Shown: in pieces, positions 20,207 to 21,577 of the stretch | Layout: each line of letters opens with the position of its first letter | Position numbering within the stretch: the stretch's first letter is position 1 | NCBI GenBank assembly: GCA_000388065.2 | Contig: KB932211.1 | DNA from: Fonticula alba ATCC 38817 | Taxonomy: Eukaryota; Protista; Nucleariida | Strand: one strand, 5' to 3' | Length of the DNA stretch: 21,577 nucleotides | The notes under the pieces: generated by a model | Database searches by the model: none | Told to the model about the DNA's origin: nothing | Seen by the model: the letters and a program-made list of their open reading frames with translations, nothing else | Made by a program: the position numbers and the translations under genes

Positions 20207-21017
20207 NNNNNNNNNNNNNNNNNNNNNNNNNNNNNNNNNNNNNNNNNNNNNNNNNNNNNNNNNNNNNNNNNNNNNNNNNNNNNNNNNNNNNNNNNNNNNN
20301 NNNNNNNNNNNNNNNNNNNNNNNNNNNNNNNNNNNNNNNNNNNNNNNNNNNNNNNNNNNNNNNNNNNNNNNNNNNNNNNNNNNNNNNNNNNNNNNNNNNN
20401 NNNNNNNNNNNNNNNNNNNNNNNNNNNNNNNNNNNNNNNNNNNNNNNNNNNNNNNNNNNNNNNNNNNNNNNNNNNNNNNNNNNNNNNNNNNNNNNNNNNN
20501 NNNNNNNNNNNNNNNNNNNNNNNNNNNNNNNNNNNNNNNNNNNNNNNNNNNNNNNNNNNNNNNNNNNNNNNNNNNNNNNNNNNNNNNNNNNNNNNNNNNN
20601 NNNNNNNNNNNNNNNNNNNNNNNNNNNNNNNNNNNNNNNNNNNNNNNNNNNNNNNNNNNNNNNNNNNNNNNNNNNNNNNNNNNNNNNNNNNNNNNNNNNN
20701 NNNNNNNNNNNNNNNNNNNNNNNNNNNNNNNNNNNNNNNNNNNNNNNNNNNNNNNNNNNNNNNNNNNNNNNNNNNNNNNNNNNNNNNNNNNNNNNNNNNN
20801 NNNNNNNNNNNNNNNNNNNNNNNNNNNNNNNNNNNNNNNNNNNNNNNNNNNNNNNNNNNNNNNNNNNNNNNNNNNNNNNNNNNNNNNNNNNNNNNNNNNN
20901 NNNNNNNNNNNNNNNNNNNNNNNNNNNNNNNNNNNNNNNNNNNNNNNNNNNNNNNNNNNNNNNNNNNNNNNNNNNNNNNNNNNNNNNNNNNNNNNNNNNN
21001 NNNNNNNNNNNNNNNNN
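20207..21017. other. Assembly gap (811 N)
   Basis: Run of N followed by a 31-nt poly-C tract. Confidence 1.
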
Positions 21018-21050
<33 letters not shown>

Positions 21051-21124
21051 CTGTTCGCGCGAGCCCCAGCCCGCCCTTTTCCCCGTCGCTAACCACGCTC
21101 CCCGGGCCATCCCCCATCTCCCAG

Positions 21125-21448
21125 CCCATGAGCTACTGCATGGGTGTCTACCCGAAGAGCTCGATCCCCGGTGTCAAGACCGATGCCACCATCGAGAGTA
21201 CGCCGTCGTTCGACGCCGCCCCGATACACGGGCCCGGCGCGCTCTTTCCCTGCCCCTCCATGACTTCTCCCTCCCCCGCTTCGGGCTTACCATTCTCCTG
21301 TCATATTCTCCCCCTTCCCTTGATCGCGACTCTCCTTCGTCTGCCAGTCACCCACGACGACTATGTCAGCCAGAACCACACCTTCAGTGTCATGGTCTAC
21401 GACCTGCTGGCCTTCGAGGTTGGCCACCAGTCGGAGACCGGCGAAATC
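21125..21448 (+). CDS. Two displaced luminal-domain exons of the TMEM87-like gene (21125-21197 and 21348-21448)
   Basis: CCAG/GTACGC and CCAG/GTGCGC splice sites give PMSYCMGVYPKSSIPGVKTDATIE-ITHDDYVSQNHTFSVMVYDLLAFEVGHQSETGEI. Phases 0-1-0 fit exactly between exon 17432-17563 and exon 18015-18186. The following intron ends in a 35-nt exact copy of 17976-18010. Confidence 0.85.
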
Positions 21449-21577
21449 GTGCGCAGCTCCATCCCCCCCCCCCCTGCCCTTCGGCGAGTGCCTGCCTCCG
21501 CCCCTTCCAGTGGCTGCCCTTACCCCCGCCCCCCCCCTCCCTCCCCCACTCACCCACCCGTCTCCGTTGTGCTCGAC

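Noticed and set aside
16480-21129. ORFs spanning N runs (16480-18084, 16901-17986, 20017-21129 and similar)
   Set aside because: Artefacts of translating gaps as X.

Overview
This is a GC-rich, intron-rich eukaryotic scaffold fragment with two N gaps, not prokaryotic DNA. Its style (short pyrimidine-rich introns, poly-C tracts, low-complexity protein inserts) suggests a protist such as Fonticula alba, which is inference only. Manual splice-phase reconstruction gives five genes. (1) The 5' part of an unidentified minus-strand gene runs off the left edge. (2) A giant 12-exon plus-strand gene (1659-12695, about 3,150 aa) has conserved islands resembling the PATROL1/DUF810-type Munc13-homology (MUN) family. 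(3) A possible minus-strand orphan gene (about 12668-13920) contains a 16-bp minisatellite. (4) A 4-exon minus-strand RFWD3-like RING-coiled-coil-WD40 E3 ligase spans 14289-16321. (5) A TMEM87/PTM1-like GOST seven-transmembrane protein spans 17432-20197. Its two missing luminal exons reappear after the second gap, indicating either a misplaced contig or the start of a tandem copy. Most ORFs in the supplied track are GC-rich shadow ORFs or read through introns or Ns. No rRNA, tRNA, CRISPR array or recognisable transposon was seen. Family calls come from remembered motifs, not from a database search.
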